Assembly: GCF_001194135.2 (NCBI RefSeq)
Contig: NC_068984.1
Span: 122,159,435 to 122,223,434 of the forward strand
Direction: 5' to 3'
Origin: Octopus bimaculoides
Taxonomy: Eukaryota
Length of the DNA stretch: 64,000 bases
In this document: positions 63,431-64,000 of the stretch, in pieces
Layout of the letters: the number at the start of each line of letters is the position of its first letter
How positions within the stretch are numbered: the first letter of the stretch is position 1
Position numbers and translations under genes: made by a program
The notes under the pieces: model-generated
The model's input: only the letters and a program-made list of their open reading frames with translations
Told to the model about the DNA's origin: nothing
Database searches by the model: none

Positions 63431-63604
63431 TACTAACCCCAAGATTTTGAGTTTGATTCCAGTCAGAAATGTTGTCCACGAAGACATCAGATACAAGTCT
63501 TAAATGATGAGGAAAGGTCAATTTGTCTGAAAAAGCAAAAGAAAATCACTACAGATCTAAAAGGCTCTGAAACAAATTAAAAAATGCAGCAGCAGAAGAT
63601 TTGA

Positions 63605-64000
63605 TTTGGTTTTTCTGAAATGAGAAAAACTTCGACCAAGATCAAAAAGATGACAGATGGTTATGTGCAGACCCTTTTGAAGTTCCAAGTGTTATGCATA
63701 TAAAATTACCTGCAACTGTCATGGTTTTAGGGGTTGTCAGCAATGAAGGACATGTGATACCTCCTTACTTCTTTCCACAAGGCCTTAAAGTTAACTCTGC
63801 CACCTCCATTGAGGTCCTGGAAATAATTAAGCCCTGGATAGACAGTGTGTGCAATGGAAGGCCATATGTGTTTCAGTAAGATTCTGCACTATCATACATG
63901 GCTCTAGTAACACAGCAATGGGTGGCTGAAAATTTTCATGATCACATAACCCCTAACATTTACCCTCCTAATTCCCCAGATCTCAATCCACTGGACTATT
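63605..64000 (+). mobile_element. Tc1/mariner DD37D (maT-like) transposase fragment, runs off window
   Basis: VMVLGVVSNEGHV..PYFF..GLKVN...KPWI...RPYVFQ*DSA...YPPNSPDLNPLDY. Confidence 0.85.

Noticed and set aside
1-64000. CRISPR array, rRNA or prokaryotic operons
   Set aside because: Eukaryotic repeat landscape; no repeat-spacer arrays or rRNA signatures seen

Overview
AT-rich, repeat-dense eukaryotic (metazoan) scaffold with many (TA)n/(CA)n microsatellites and N gaps. The SINE and LINE families look like those of an octopus genome; this is from recall and is not verified. Only one host gene is recognisable: the first coding exon of a WNK kinase (47648-48634, +), which ends at the conserved WCELQ|GT donor, with no second exon recognised before the window ends. 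The rest is transposon debris: several Tc1/mariner fragments, a hAT pseudogene, a Ty3/gypsy remnant with LTR, RTE/CR1/R4-like LINE fragments, at least three tRNA-derived SINE families and several foldback MITEs. The most interesting signal is a set of nine hammerhead-ribozyme (HHR)-like motifs in five sequence families, most sitting in short Penelope-like non-autonomous elements. One family joins a tRNA-like Pol III head to a hammerhead. It occurs both directly after a Penelope GIY-YIG endonuclease remnant (29.1-29.8 kb) and as a solo copy (63.2-63.4 kb), suggesting a Penelope-mobilised SINE/retrozyme. All structures were read by eye; repeat boundaries are approximate.
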